This document shows, in pieces, positions 27,739 through 35,355 of a DNA stretch of 64,000 bases. Under the pieces are notes generated by a model. It was given only the letters and a program-made list of their open reading frames with translations. It was not told the origin of the DNA and searched no databases. Made by a program: the position numbers and the translations under genes. The DNA is taken from the NCBI GenBank assembly GCA_947625115.1, contig CANQND010000004.1, forward strand, positions 3,338-67,337, given 5' to 3'. The DNA is from an uncultured Clostridia bacterium (lineage in GTDB: Bacteria > Bacillota > Clostridia > Christensenellales > CAG-314). Every line of letters starts with the position of its first letter. The stretch's first letter is position 1.

Positions 27739-28398
27739 TTATCTAATTTGCCAAAATGCACGCACTTTTGCAAAATAGTTCATGCGCTTTTCAATTTTTG
27801 CAATTTCTTTTGGATAAAATAAATCCATTACATCACAGAGCTGTAACATCCAATTTTTTCTGCTTTGTGTTCGATCGATATTGACTATTCGCGCATTCGC
27901 AATTTGGATTTGTCCCCAACCCAACGCCCCAATAGTTAAGCAATCCCATTTTAAGTGTTCTATTGGAATAAGTCGAACAGCATCAAACTTAATCTTACCA
28001 TTTAATATCTTGTATTCGGCAAGAAGTATAACAAAGAAGTTTTTGTCATCCTCATAAAACCGCGAAAGTCTTTCCACAGATGTCAAATTGGGCATATTAA
28101 AGTCCGTGTCGCGATTATGCGTTTTTATATCTACTATAAAATAGTTTTCTTGAAAGTCCATAAATGCGACATCTGCCATTGCTCGTCTTGCAAAGCTATC
28201 GCTAAAATCTTTGATTGTTCCTTTTGGGAAACATTCACTCATCCTTTCACCTAATATTTCTTGAACAGCATCACCAACTGCGCGAGGGCTACTTATAATG
28301 CGTGCATTTTCAAAATCATTGCAAGAATTGAGTAAATCAAGTAAATTATCCTGTATGCGTTGTAATATTGTCACATCAAATAACGAAGAGTTTATCAT
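27739..28398 (-). CDS. putative type II restriction endonuclease (PD-(D/E)XK-like)
   Basis: 219 aa. ADVAF...YFIVDIKTH resembles a D...(D/E)xK core. ATGA start/stop overlap with the upstream methyltransferase. The specificity family was not recognised. Confidence 0.55.
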   Translation of the reverse strand: MINSSLFDVTILQRIQDNLLDLLNSCNDFENARIISSPRAVGDAVQEILGERMSECFPKGTIKDFSDSFARRAMADVAFMDFQENYFIVDIKTHNRDTDFNMPNLTSVERLSRFYEDDKNFFVILLAEYKILNGKIKFDAVRLIPIEHLKWDCLTIGALGWGQIQIANARIVNIDRTQSRKNWMLQLCDVMDLFYPKEIAKIEKRMNYFAKVRAFWQIR

Positions 28399-29243
28399 TT
28401 CTTTTTCTCCTTATGTTGTTGGGGTAGAGTGTTCCTTTCCCAAAATACGCCGTCAGTATAGCCTTGAATTGTTTTATCCGTTTCGGCTTGTTCTAATCGA
28501 TACTCTGCCCAAGCGCAGTAAAGAGGACTTTGTTCGATTCCGATGTAATTACGACCCAGTTTCTTTGCTACAACAGAAGTTGTACCAGAGCCTAAAAACG
28601 GATCGAGAACGACATCGCCTTTATTTGTACTTGCTAAAATCAGCTTTGCCAACAATTTTTCAGGCTTTTGCGTGGGATGCGCTGTATTTTCTGGCATAGA
28701 CCAATACGGGATTGAAATATCATCCCAAAAATTTGAAGGATAAGTATTTCTAAAATTTCCCTCTGATGTTTCTTCCCAATCTTTCGGTTTTCCTTCTACT
28801 TTGTACGGTGCAATTACTCTCCTTCTTGACATTACGTCTTGAACATTGAAAGTATAGTTGGAAGATACTGTTGCAAACCAAATATCTTCCATAGCATTTT
28901 TCCAATTTGTCAAGGCTCCGCGCCCTTTCTCTCTTTGCCAAGTAATACGATTAATAACATTAAAATACTGATTCATAACGTTACCGATTATCATGCTCGT
29001 TTTCCAATCACAACAGACATAGATTGTTGCGGTCGACTTTAAGAGAGGAATAACTTTCTCAATCCACATACAAGTATATTGAGCATAATCGGTTTCTTCT
29101 AATTTAGTAAACTTCATGCCATGGAAGTTTTTATCGAGATTGTAGCAGGGATCTGCGAAAAGCAAGTCGACAGAATTTTTAGGCAAGAAATCTAAAACCT
29201 GCATAGAATCTCCTAAAATCGTTTTATTGACGACCTGCTCCAT
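28395..29243 (-). CDS. beta-class N4/N6 DNA methyltransferase (PF01555-type)
   Basis: Order IV then I: VDLLFADPCYNL (DPPY-like), HPTQKPEKLL, VLDPFLGSGTTSVVA. Start chosen at MEQVVNKTILGDS (29243); the track TTG start at 29399 is also possible. Confidence 0.8.
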   Translation of the reverse strand: MEQVVNKTILGDSMQVLDFLPKNSVDLLFADPCYNLDKNFHGMKFTKLEETDYAQYTCMWIEKVIPLLKSTATIYVCCDWKTSMIIGNVMNQYFNVINRITWQREKGRGALTNWKNAMEDIWFATVSSNYTFNVQDVMSRRRVIAPYKVEGKPKDWEETSEGNFRNTYPSNFWDDISIPYWSMPENTAHPTQKPEKLLAKLILASTNKGDVVLDPFLGSGTTSVVAKKLGRNYIGIEQSPLYCAWAEYRLEQAETDKTIQGYTDGVFWERNTLPQQHKEKKK

Positions 29244-29469
29244 TGTGCAGGAATTAGATATAGATAGGCACCTCTCCAAATAGGTACGACCTGTTTCTAA
29301 ATCAAAATCTATCGTTTTATTTCTTTTTGCTTTCAATTTCACACACACTTTGAGGGAAAAAGATAAAAATATTATAGCATAAGATGATAGATTTATCAAG
29401 ATAAATCACGGCAAAAAAATCAAAATGGCACTTTGGCGAACGATTGAGAAAAATATTACTTAAAGGTAC

Positions 29470-29491
29470 AAAAAAGAGCGCGTACGCGCTC
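29470..29491 (-). terminator. rho-independent terminator of the tRNA gene
   Basis: On the minus strand GAGCGCG-ta-CGCGCTC is followed by T6, immediately 3' of the tRNA. Confidence 0.7.
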
Positions 29492-29502
29492 AATTTGTTG
29501 CT

Positions 29503-29578
29503 TGGTGACTCCAATGGGACTCGAACCCATGTTATCGGCGTGAGAGGCCAACGTCCTAGGCCGCTAGACTATGGAGCC
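29503..29578 (-). tRNA. tRNA-Glu (anticodon CUC)
   Basis: Hand-folded 76-nt cloverleaf: acceptor GGCTCCA/TGGAGTC, anticodon stem TTGGC/GCCGA with loop CT-CTC-AC, T arm ATGGG-TTCGAGT-CCCAT, encoded CCA. Confidence 0.85.
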
Positions 29579-29593
29579 GTATTCAGCTTGTTC

Positions 29594-29622
29594 AGTATAG
29601 CACAAGTTTTGTTTTTACGCAA
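29594..29622 (-). promoter_or_regulatory. sigma70-type promoter for the tRNA
   Basis: Minus strand TTGCGT, 17 nt, (TGc)TATACT about 15 nt upstream of the tRNA 5' end. Confidence 0.5.
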
Positions 29623-29707
29623 CTGTTTGACGGCAACTATCCGCCGTTAATTTGCGTTCGGTTGGTAAATTTGCGTTCGTGTTGACCGTCGCGCTTGGTT
29701 CGGCGCG

Positions 29708-30256
29708 TTACGGTTGTAACAAAACCAAGTGGTTTATGCAGTCTGTCGAAAGGCTTTTTCGAGCAAAGTTTTCGTCCTGCAAGTAACGCTCCAAAGACGA
29801 TTTGTTCAACAGAACGGGTATGCGGTGGTGTACGGAGTTTACGGGCGGAGTGGCGGATTTCGTCAAAATAACAAATCTCAACCCGTCTTGCCGTTTGCAA
29901 AACCCCGCCATATACAGCGCGTTGCCTTTTTCGTCCGCAAAAAGACGTTGATTTTTGTCGCCGTCCCATTCGTAAAAGCCGCTGCAAGGCACAACGCACC
30001 TTTGTTGTGAAAAATCTTTTGAGAAAAAAGGTTTTTCCGTCACCGTTTCGGCGCGGGCGTTTATCACCTGCTCTTTGCCGTAGGGGCTGTCAAAGCCCCA
30101 TTTTACAAATTGCGGCAGTAAACTTTCCGCCGTGTACACGGGCGCGTACTGTTTGGGAAAAACGTCCCACCTTAGCAACGGCGGCGTAACGGCTAAATCT
30201 CTGTAAATATCCGCAATTTCGCTGTGACCCATATCCATAACGTATCTTCCGCACAT
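29708..30256 (-). CDS. SOS-response-associated peptidase (SRAP/YedK-like abasic-site sensor)
   Basis: Starts MCGRY (catalytic Cys2). INARAET, PCSGFYEW, HHRIPVLL motifs. The track start 30376 is replaced by the MCGRY start at 30256. Confidence 0.85.
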   Translation of the reverse strand: MCGRYVMDMGHSEIADIYRDLAVTPPLLRWDVFPKQYAPVYTAESLLPQFVKWGFDSPYGKEQVINARAETVTEKPFFSKDFSQQRCVVPCSGFYEWDGDKNQRLFADEKGNALYMAGFCKRQDGLRFVILTKSATPPVNSVHHRIPVLLNKSSLERYLQDENFARKSLSTDCINHLVLLQP

Positions 30257-30461
30257 AACGTTAGTGTGAGCTACAAAACGCAGGATATTCGCAAAGCGCG
30301 CTTCCGCCGCGGCGCAAGAGTGTGAGCAACGTCGGCACAGAGTTTTGTCGTCAATTTTTGTCGGCGGCAGCGGCAATGTCCTTTTTTCGGGACATAGTGT
30401 GCTGTATTATAAACACGAAGATACCTAAAAAGTGTCTATCTATGTTAAAAAGGAGAAAATT

Positions 30462-31169
30462 ATGAACGAAATCAAGCATACGCAAACGGAAACTACGGAA
30501 CGGGAAACCGTTGAGGAAAATTTTCAAAAGACATCTCCAAACGATGATAGTGTAAAAATTTATGAACAAGAGGCTTTGCGTGGATCCGCGGAAGCACAAC
30601 ACCGCCTCGGCGTATGTTACTTTTACGGCAAAGGCGTTAAGCAGAGTTATGAAAAAGCCGCAATGTGGTTTGGTAAAGCGGCGTTACAGGGACTTGCGAG
30701 TGCGCAACACAACATCGGTAGCTGTTACTTCCGCGGTTATGGAGTGGAACAAGATTATGAAAAAGCCGTATTATGGTTTGAAAAGGCGGCATTACAAGGT
30801 CTTGCGGAAGCACAACACCGCCTCGGAGTATGTTACTTTTACGGCAAAGGCGTAGAGCAGAGTTATGAAAAAGCTGCAATGTATTTTGAGAAAGCGGCGT
30901 TGCAGGGACTTGCAGATGCGCAATACAACATCGGTAGTTGTTACTTTCGCGGTTATGGAGTGGAACAAAATTATGAAAAAGCCGCAATGTGGTTTAAGGA
31001 AGCGGCGTCGCAGGGGGACGATGACGCAAAATCAACGTTGAAAAAAATGAAAGAGGACGCCGAGCAGACTTTCGATGAAGCCAAAGAGCTTTTGGAAAAA
31101 GCGGCGTCGTTAAGACACAAAATCGCGAAAAAACTATTGAAAGCGTTAGAAGAAGCAATTGGAAATTAA
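30462..31169 (+). CDS. Sel1-repeat (SLR/TPR-like) protein
   Basis: Four consecutive AxAQxxLGxCYxxGxGVxQxYxKAxxWFxKAA repeats. AGGAG RBS before the ATG at 30462. Confidence 0.85.
   Translation: MNEIKHTQTETTERETVEENFQKTSPNDDSVKIYEQEALRGSAEAQHRLGVCYFYGKGVKQSYEKAAMWFGKAALQGLASAQHNIGSCYFRGYGVEQDYEKAVLWFEKAALQGLAEAQHRLGVCYFYGKGVEQSYEKAAMYFEKAALQGLADAQYNIGSCYFRGYGVEQNYEKAAMWFKEAASQGDDDAKSTLKKMKEDAEQTFDEAKELLEKAASLRHKIAKKLLKALEEAIGN
30588..31019 (+). repeat. tandem duplication of a 216-bp unit (two Sel1 repeats each) inside the gene
   Basis: The unit starting GCGGAAGCACAACACCGCCTCGG recurs exactly 216 nt later (30588 and 30804) with high similarity by eye. Confidence 0.8.
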
Positions 31170-31187
31170 AGCCGCCATCTAACATAC

Positions 31188-31243
31188 TTGTAAAATCGTC
31201 AGATTTGTGCTATATTGTCATTGTTCCGTTTTCGGGACAATGA
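31188..31243 (+). promoter_or_regulatory. promoter plus 11-bp inverted-repeat operator candidate upstream of the WYL gene
   Basis: TTGTAA (31188-31193), 17 nt, (TGc)TATATT (31211-31216), then TCATTGTTCCG-tttt-CGGGACAATGA (31218-31243). Confidence 0.55.
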
Positions 31244-31274
31244 TTTTGCTATCATTGACGTATAGGAAAGCGAC

Positions 31275-32270
31275 ATGGAAAATTTTGAACCTAAAAAGTT
31301 ACTAATATTGCGCATATTGGAAATTTTGACGGAGTACTCGGACGTAAATCACCGACTGCACCAAAAAGACATTATCAGTTTGTTGCGTATTGTATACGGT
31401 ATGGAGTGCGAGCGCAAGGCTGTTGCTCGAAATGTGGAATATCTTGTGCAAGCCGGTTACGATATAGTCAGCGACAAAACGGGAATGTACCTCGCTGAAA
31501 AAAAGTTTGAAACGGGCGAATTGCGATTGCTCATTGATTCTGTCGTAGCCAACCGCAACATTGGCAAACGCTATACCAAGGAGCTTGTTGAAAAGTTGGC
31601 GGCGGAAGGCGGCAAGTATTTCAAAAACTATGCCAAACACGTTGTAAATTTGGACGATTGGCGCAAAAACGACGGATACGACTATTTTTATAACATTGAG
31701 TTGTTGTGCGAGGCGATAGAAACAAAACGTCAAGCAGAGTTTTTTTACGACAGTTATGGCAAAGATCTTCAAAGACATCATCGCTCGGCGAGAAAATATC
31801 GTTCAAGTTGCTACCAACTGTTATTGAAAAACGGATTTTACTACGTTGCGGTGTGTTTTGACGGTCACGATAACCTCGCCTTTGTGCGGGTGGACAAGAT
31901 GAGCGACCTCGTTTTAATATCAAACGTTGCGCGTCCGCTTGATTCTGTGTGTGGTTGCAAGCAAGGTTTGAACATCGGCAAACTCGTCAACACGTTGCCC
32001 TACTTATACGAAGAGGAGCCTGAATACGTGGAATTTGTCACCGCTAACGGTGTTGAACATATGACGGACTATGTTGTGGATTGGTTCGGTCGCGACGTGC
32101 AGGTGACCGAATTGTCAGACGGAAATCTCAAATTTTCTCTTATGGCAAGTCCGTGGGCAATGAAGTTTTGGCTTTTGCAATTCGGAAAGCGAGTAAAAGT
32201 GTTGTCGCCGCAGTCGCTTGTTGACGAAGTAAAAGCAGAAATAGAGCAAATGGCAAAACTGTACAAATAA
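31275..32270 (+). CDS. WYL-domain transcriptional regulator (wHTH-WYL-C-terminal extension, BrxR/CapW-like layout)
   Basis: 331 aa. N-terminal wHTH-like LLILRILEILTEYSD...QKDIISLL, and a central segment (AEFFYDSYGK...YQLLLKNGFYYVAVCFDGHDNLAFVRVDKM) typical of WYL domains. Confidence 0.75.
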   Translation: MENFEPKKLLILRILEILTEYSDVNHRLHQKDIISLLRIVYGMECERKAVARNVEYLVQAGYDIVSDKTGMYLAEKKFETGELRLLIDSVVANRNIGKRYTKELVEKLAAEGGKYFKNYAKHVVNLDDWRKNDGYDYFYNIELLCEAIETKRQAEFFYDSYGKDLQRHHRSARKYRSSCYQLLLKNGFYYVAVCFDGHDNLAFVRVDKMSDLVLISNVARPLDSVCGCKQGLNIGKLVNTLPYLYEEEPEYVEFVTANGVEHMTDYVVDWFGRDVQVTELSDGNLKFSLMASPWAMKFWLLQFGKRVKVLSPQSLVDEVKAEIEQMAKLYK

Positions 32271-32295
32271 CAGTCGAAATATAATAGGACGAGAA

Positions 32296-33531
32296 ATGCT
32301 CGGTGAACTAGAAAATCTGAAAACAATCGTAAAAAGATTGCACAAATTGAATTTTGGGCAAGATGGTATCATTCACCCTGTCGATGGTGGAGCCAATTAC
32401 AACTTTGAGCGGTTTTTACAAAATGGCGGTCACAAATTTGTCGGGGAGGACCGCGCGTGCGCAACGTGCGCTCTGCCCGCATATCCGCGTACTCCGTATG
32501 TGTCGCACGGCAGTCATACAGTAGATTTTGTCGCGGCGCATTTGTACGATCCCGATACGCAAGACGTAGCAACCGCAAGCGAACGGGCGTGCTACGAATA
32601 TATTTCAAATTGGTTTGCCTTTGGCAAAGCGGTAACGCGACCTGTTTTGTTCCTTTTGGAAAACCCTGCCGACAACAACGGAAACAATTACGAAAAAGGG
32701 CAAAACCGCTCGCCCTCTGTCGATTGGTATTGGTTGGACAGGGGCTACAAGGATAAAATAGAAAACTACGACAGTAAATTCATAATGCCCGCAGAATACG
32801 GCAAAATGATTTTCGCCGTCATAAACACTTTTCACCTTGCCAACGCCTATGCGACCAACACTGTCAAATGCGGCGTGTGCAATGCCGACGGAAGCTATGC
32901 AACTACAAAAAATCGCGAAAAATACAGCAGAAACACAATAAAACAATGTGAAACAAAGTGGTTGAAAGAGGAAATTTCGGCACTTTGTCAACAGGAAAAG
33001 AATTTAGTCGTTTTAGCCTTTGGCAACAATGCGTACAGTAATTTCAAGCAAATACTGACAAAAGAAAACGGCAAACTTTATTGTTATGCGTGTGGAGGAA
33101 AAATTGCCGTAACGCTTGTCAAGTTTCGCCATCCAAGTCACGCACACTTGTACTGCAAAGAACAAATCTGCAATACGGTAAATCTTATACTTAATCAAAA
33201 GTCGAGTATTCCGTATGATAACGGATATAGTAACGGGTACACGTGGTGCGTGGAGTACAGCGACAAGTACCCCGATGGAACAATTGTTTTGAGAATAGGC
33301 AATGCCGACGTCGAGTATAAATCGCAATATGTTCGGTACGCACTGAAAAGCGGGGAGTGTGACTGTTGGCGAGGGACAAAATCCAATAACGCCAACGAAA
33401 AGGTGTTTGAACTCGTAAATTTTAATGAACCTGACGAAAAATTTAACGGACTTGACGGAAAGATATTGTATATGTTTCGTCAATTGGTCATTTCGGTAAA
33501 CAAAATTTTGTTTGGCAACGAGCGTTCGTAA
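32296..33531 (+). CDS. UDG-superfamily (family-4-like, 4-Cys Fe-S) protein with N- and C-terminal extensions
   Basis: Motif order CATC ... VLFLLENPAD ... YATNTVKC ... IKQCETKWLKEEI ... LVVLAFGNNA ... VKFRHPSH parallels family-4 UDGs. It starts 25 nt after the WYL gene. Confidence 0.6.
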   Translation: MLGELENLKTIVKRLHKLNFGQDGIIHPVDGGANYNFERFLQNGGHKFVGEDRACATCALPAYPRTPYVSHGSHTVDFVAAHLYDPDTQDVATASERACYEYISNWFAFGKAVTRPVLFLLENPADNNGNNYEKGQNRSPSVDWYWLDRGYKDKIENYDSKFIMPAEYGKMIFAVINTFHLANAYATNTVKCGVCNADGSYATTKNREKYSRNTIKQCETKWLKEEISALCQQEKNLVVLAFGNNAYSNFKQILTKENGKLYCYACGGKIAVTLVKFRHPSHAHLYCKEQICNTVNLILNQKSSIPYDNGYSNGYTWCVEYSDKYPDGTIVLRIGNADVEYKSQYVRYALKSGECDCWRGTKSNNANEKVFELVNFNEPDEKFNGLDGKILYMFRQLVISVNKILFGNERS

Positions 33532-33604
33532 CGGCACGTCCTTTTTTCGGTACAAACTATTTGTTAAAATATTCTTCGGAGAGAGAACTTCGGGGGATTT
33601 TTTT

Positions 33605-34018
33605 ATGTCAAGTTTTGAAGAGTTGAGTACAAAAACCAAAGTTATCGTAATTGCTGTGAGCATTGTGGCGTTTGCCGTGATATTTTTCGTTGTATCGGCG
33701 ATTGTGGGCGGCGGCGAAAAGGTCGAACAGCTGACGGAACCGACTCTTTCAGTAAATTACGACGCGTTGGGCTTTTATCCAACGGTAACGGTGCAGGTGC
33801 AGAACGTGACGAACAGCACAATTACCGTGCAAATGCGGTGTACCATATATGCTTCCGACGGCAGCGTTACAGACAATATTTCATCGAATATAGTTCGATT
33901 GGCTCCCAACGAAAAAACTACGCTCGTTGCGCAAAGCGTAGTTGCCATAAACGCGTCGCTCTATTCATATAAGTGTGCGTCGTTCGGCAATTTGCAATAT
34001 GTATATTTCAAGTATTAG
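33605..34018 (+). CDS. single-pass membrane protein with an extracytoplasmic beta-rich domain, unknown function
   Basis: MSSFEELSTKTKVIVIAVSIVAFAVIFFVVSAIV TM helix, then ~95 aa rich in T/V/N. ATG 33605 lies within the longer track ORF. Confidence 0.55.
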   Translation: MSSFEELSTKTKVIVIAVSIVAFAVIFFVVSAIVGGGEKVEQLTEPTLSVNYDALGFYPTVTVQVQNVTNSTITVQMRCTIYASDGSVTDNISSNIVRLAPNEKTTLVAQSVVAINASLYSYKCASFGNLQYVYFKY

Positions 34019-34029
34019 GAATATGGGGT

Positions 34030-34899
34030 ATGAAAATCACAAAAATCGCTTTGAAAAACATAGGTAAAACAGCGCGATTCAAAACAACGCTTGCAGACGG
34101 CTGCAATGTTTTGTCTGCAAATAAAGACGTTTTCAATGCGTTGTGCTATTTTGCTCAATCGTGGACAAACAGACTTTACGCCCGAGAATTTTTGCAAAGT
34201 TTTTCGGAAAAATCTGCGTTTGAGTTGGAACTTGCCGACGGCGATAACGCATTTTCCGTAGCATATGCAATGCGCGAGGGAAATATTGTTTCGTCTGTTT
34301 GCCTTAACGGCACTCAATTGCCTCGTGACAGCGTAGAATTGGCGTATGCTTTTGACGAATACCTGTTTCCTCACGAAAATGCGCAATATTCTTTCTTTGA
34401 CGGCACTATCTATTTTGATTACGTACAAAAACGACAAGATCTGTATTTACAAGCCGTCTTGAACGATGTGCGGGAGATGTTGACATCACGGGGCAGGATT
34501 CCCACAGAGGAAGAACTGCTCGGTTTTGCCTCGACCGAACTGCCTGACGGAAAGAGCAGTTACGCTATGTACAAATTTATCAAGCAATATCTGCATACGG
34601 CTCAACCTGTTCTGTTTACAACGGAAAGCGGAAGCGCGTCCTTTGACGGCGCAAAATTTACCGTAAACGATGAGGTTTTGAACTTGGACGAGCCGTGGAA
34701 TCGCGCGTTGTTGCCCCAAGCAGATGAGCAACTTGTGCGGTTTTGCTTTGCCAACAGAATGTTCCGTGCCGAGTGTCGAGAGAAAGGGTTCCGAAGTAAC
34801 TTCCCCGTGGTGATGTGGAACCTAACTCATCGTCAAGCGCAAGCGGTGCAAAACAATGTGAATGATGTGCAGTTGTTGCTCTTCACCTCGTCCGAGTAG
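34030..34899 (+). CDS. SMC/RecF/ABC-head-like protein with degenerate Walker A and B motifs, unknown function
   Basis: MKITKIALKNIGKTARFKTTLADGCNVLSANKD (P-loop GxxGxGKS replaced), LNGTQLPRD, C-terminal PVVMWNLTH...VQLLLFTS in place of xxxxDE...QxIxxTH. It starts 11 nt after the previous stop. Confidence 0.45.
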   Translation: MKITKIALKNIGKTARFKTTLADGCNVLSANKDVFNALCYFAQSWTNRLYAREFLQSFSEKSAFELELADGDNAFSVAYAMREGNIVSSVCLNGTQLPRDSVELAYAFDEYLFPHENAQYSFFDGTIYFDYVQKRQDLYLQAVLNDVREMLTSRGRIPTEEELLGFASTELPDGKSSYAMYKFIKQYLHTAQPVLFTTESGSASFDGAKFTVNDEVLNLDEPWNRALLPQADEQLVRFCFANRMFRAECREKGFRSNFPVVMWNLTHRQAQAVQNNVNDVQLLLFTSSE

Positions 34900-35108
34900 T
34901 ACAGCGGTTTTTCTCGGTTTGTTTGATTCGTATTATATATCAATTGTAAAGCTCATTGTATAATCGCTTTTCTATGTCGGACATTGTTTGCGCAAGTCGT
35001 CATATACGACGCGTTGCCTTTTGTGCGCCAAAATACGTTGTTTTTGTTGCTGTCCCGCAAAAATATCGGCAAATTTACACAGGTTTTGTGAGATAGGTAA
35101 ATTTCGCG

Positions 35109-35137
35109 TTGCATTTTTTGCGCAGATGTGCTAAACT
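35109..35137 (+). promoter_or_regulatory. sigma70-type promoter giving a ~210-nt leader to the comEA-like gene
   Basis: TTGCAT, 17 nt, (TGc)TAAACT. Confidence 0.45.
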
Positions 35138-35355
35138 GAAAACAACCCTGTCTTGTCCGACAAGTTTTACATTTTGCGTCAACTACAGTTCGTAAAAGGG
35201 AATCGAGTCTGTTCGAAGATGTCAGGTTACTACGGCTTCCGTGTGGAGTCAAAGAGTTATCTCCGGTAAAAGACTGATGGCGCGCGGCAGATTACCCACC
35301 CTATTTTTTAGGTTGAACGTCAGTAAAACGCGGTAAAGGCGGGGCTTTTTTTGTT

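Noticed and set aside
29400-29640. tRNA-targeted integrative element (att site) bounding the R-M island
   Set aside because: There is no integrase gene, and I could not find a second copy of the tRNA 3' segment at any candidate island boundary. I report it only as a hotspot, not as a mobile element.
34953-35252. 99-aa minus-strand ORF in the 455-nt gap before the comEA-like gene
   Set aside because: It has no RBS, has odd composition, and overlaps a good + strand promoter and leader.
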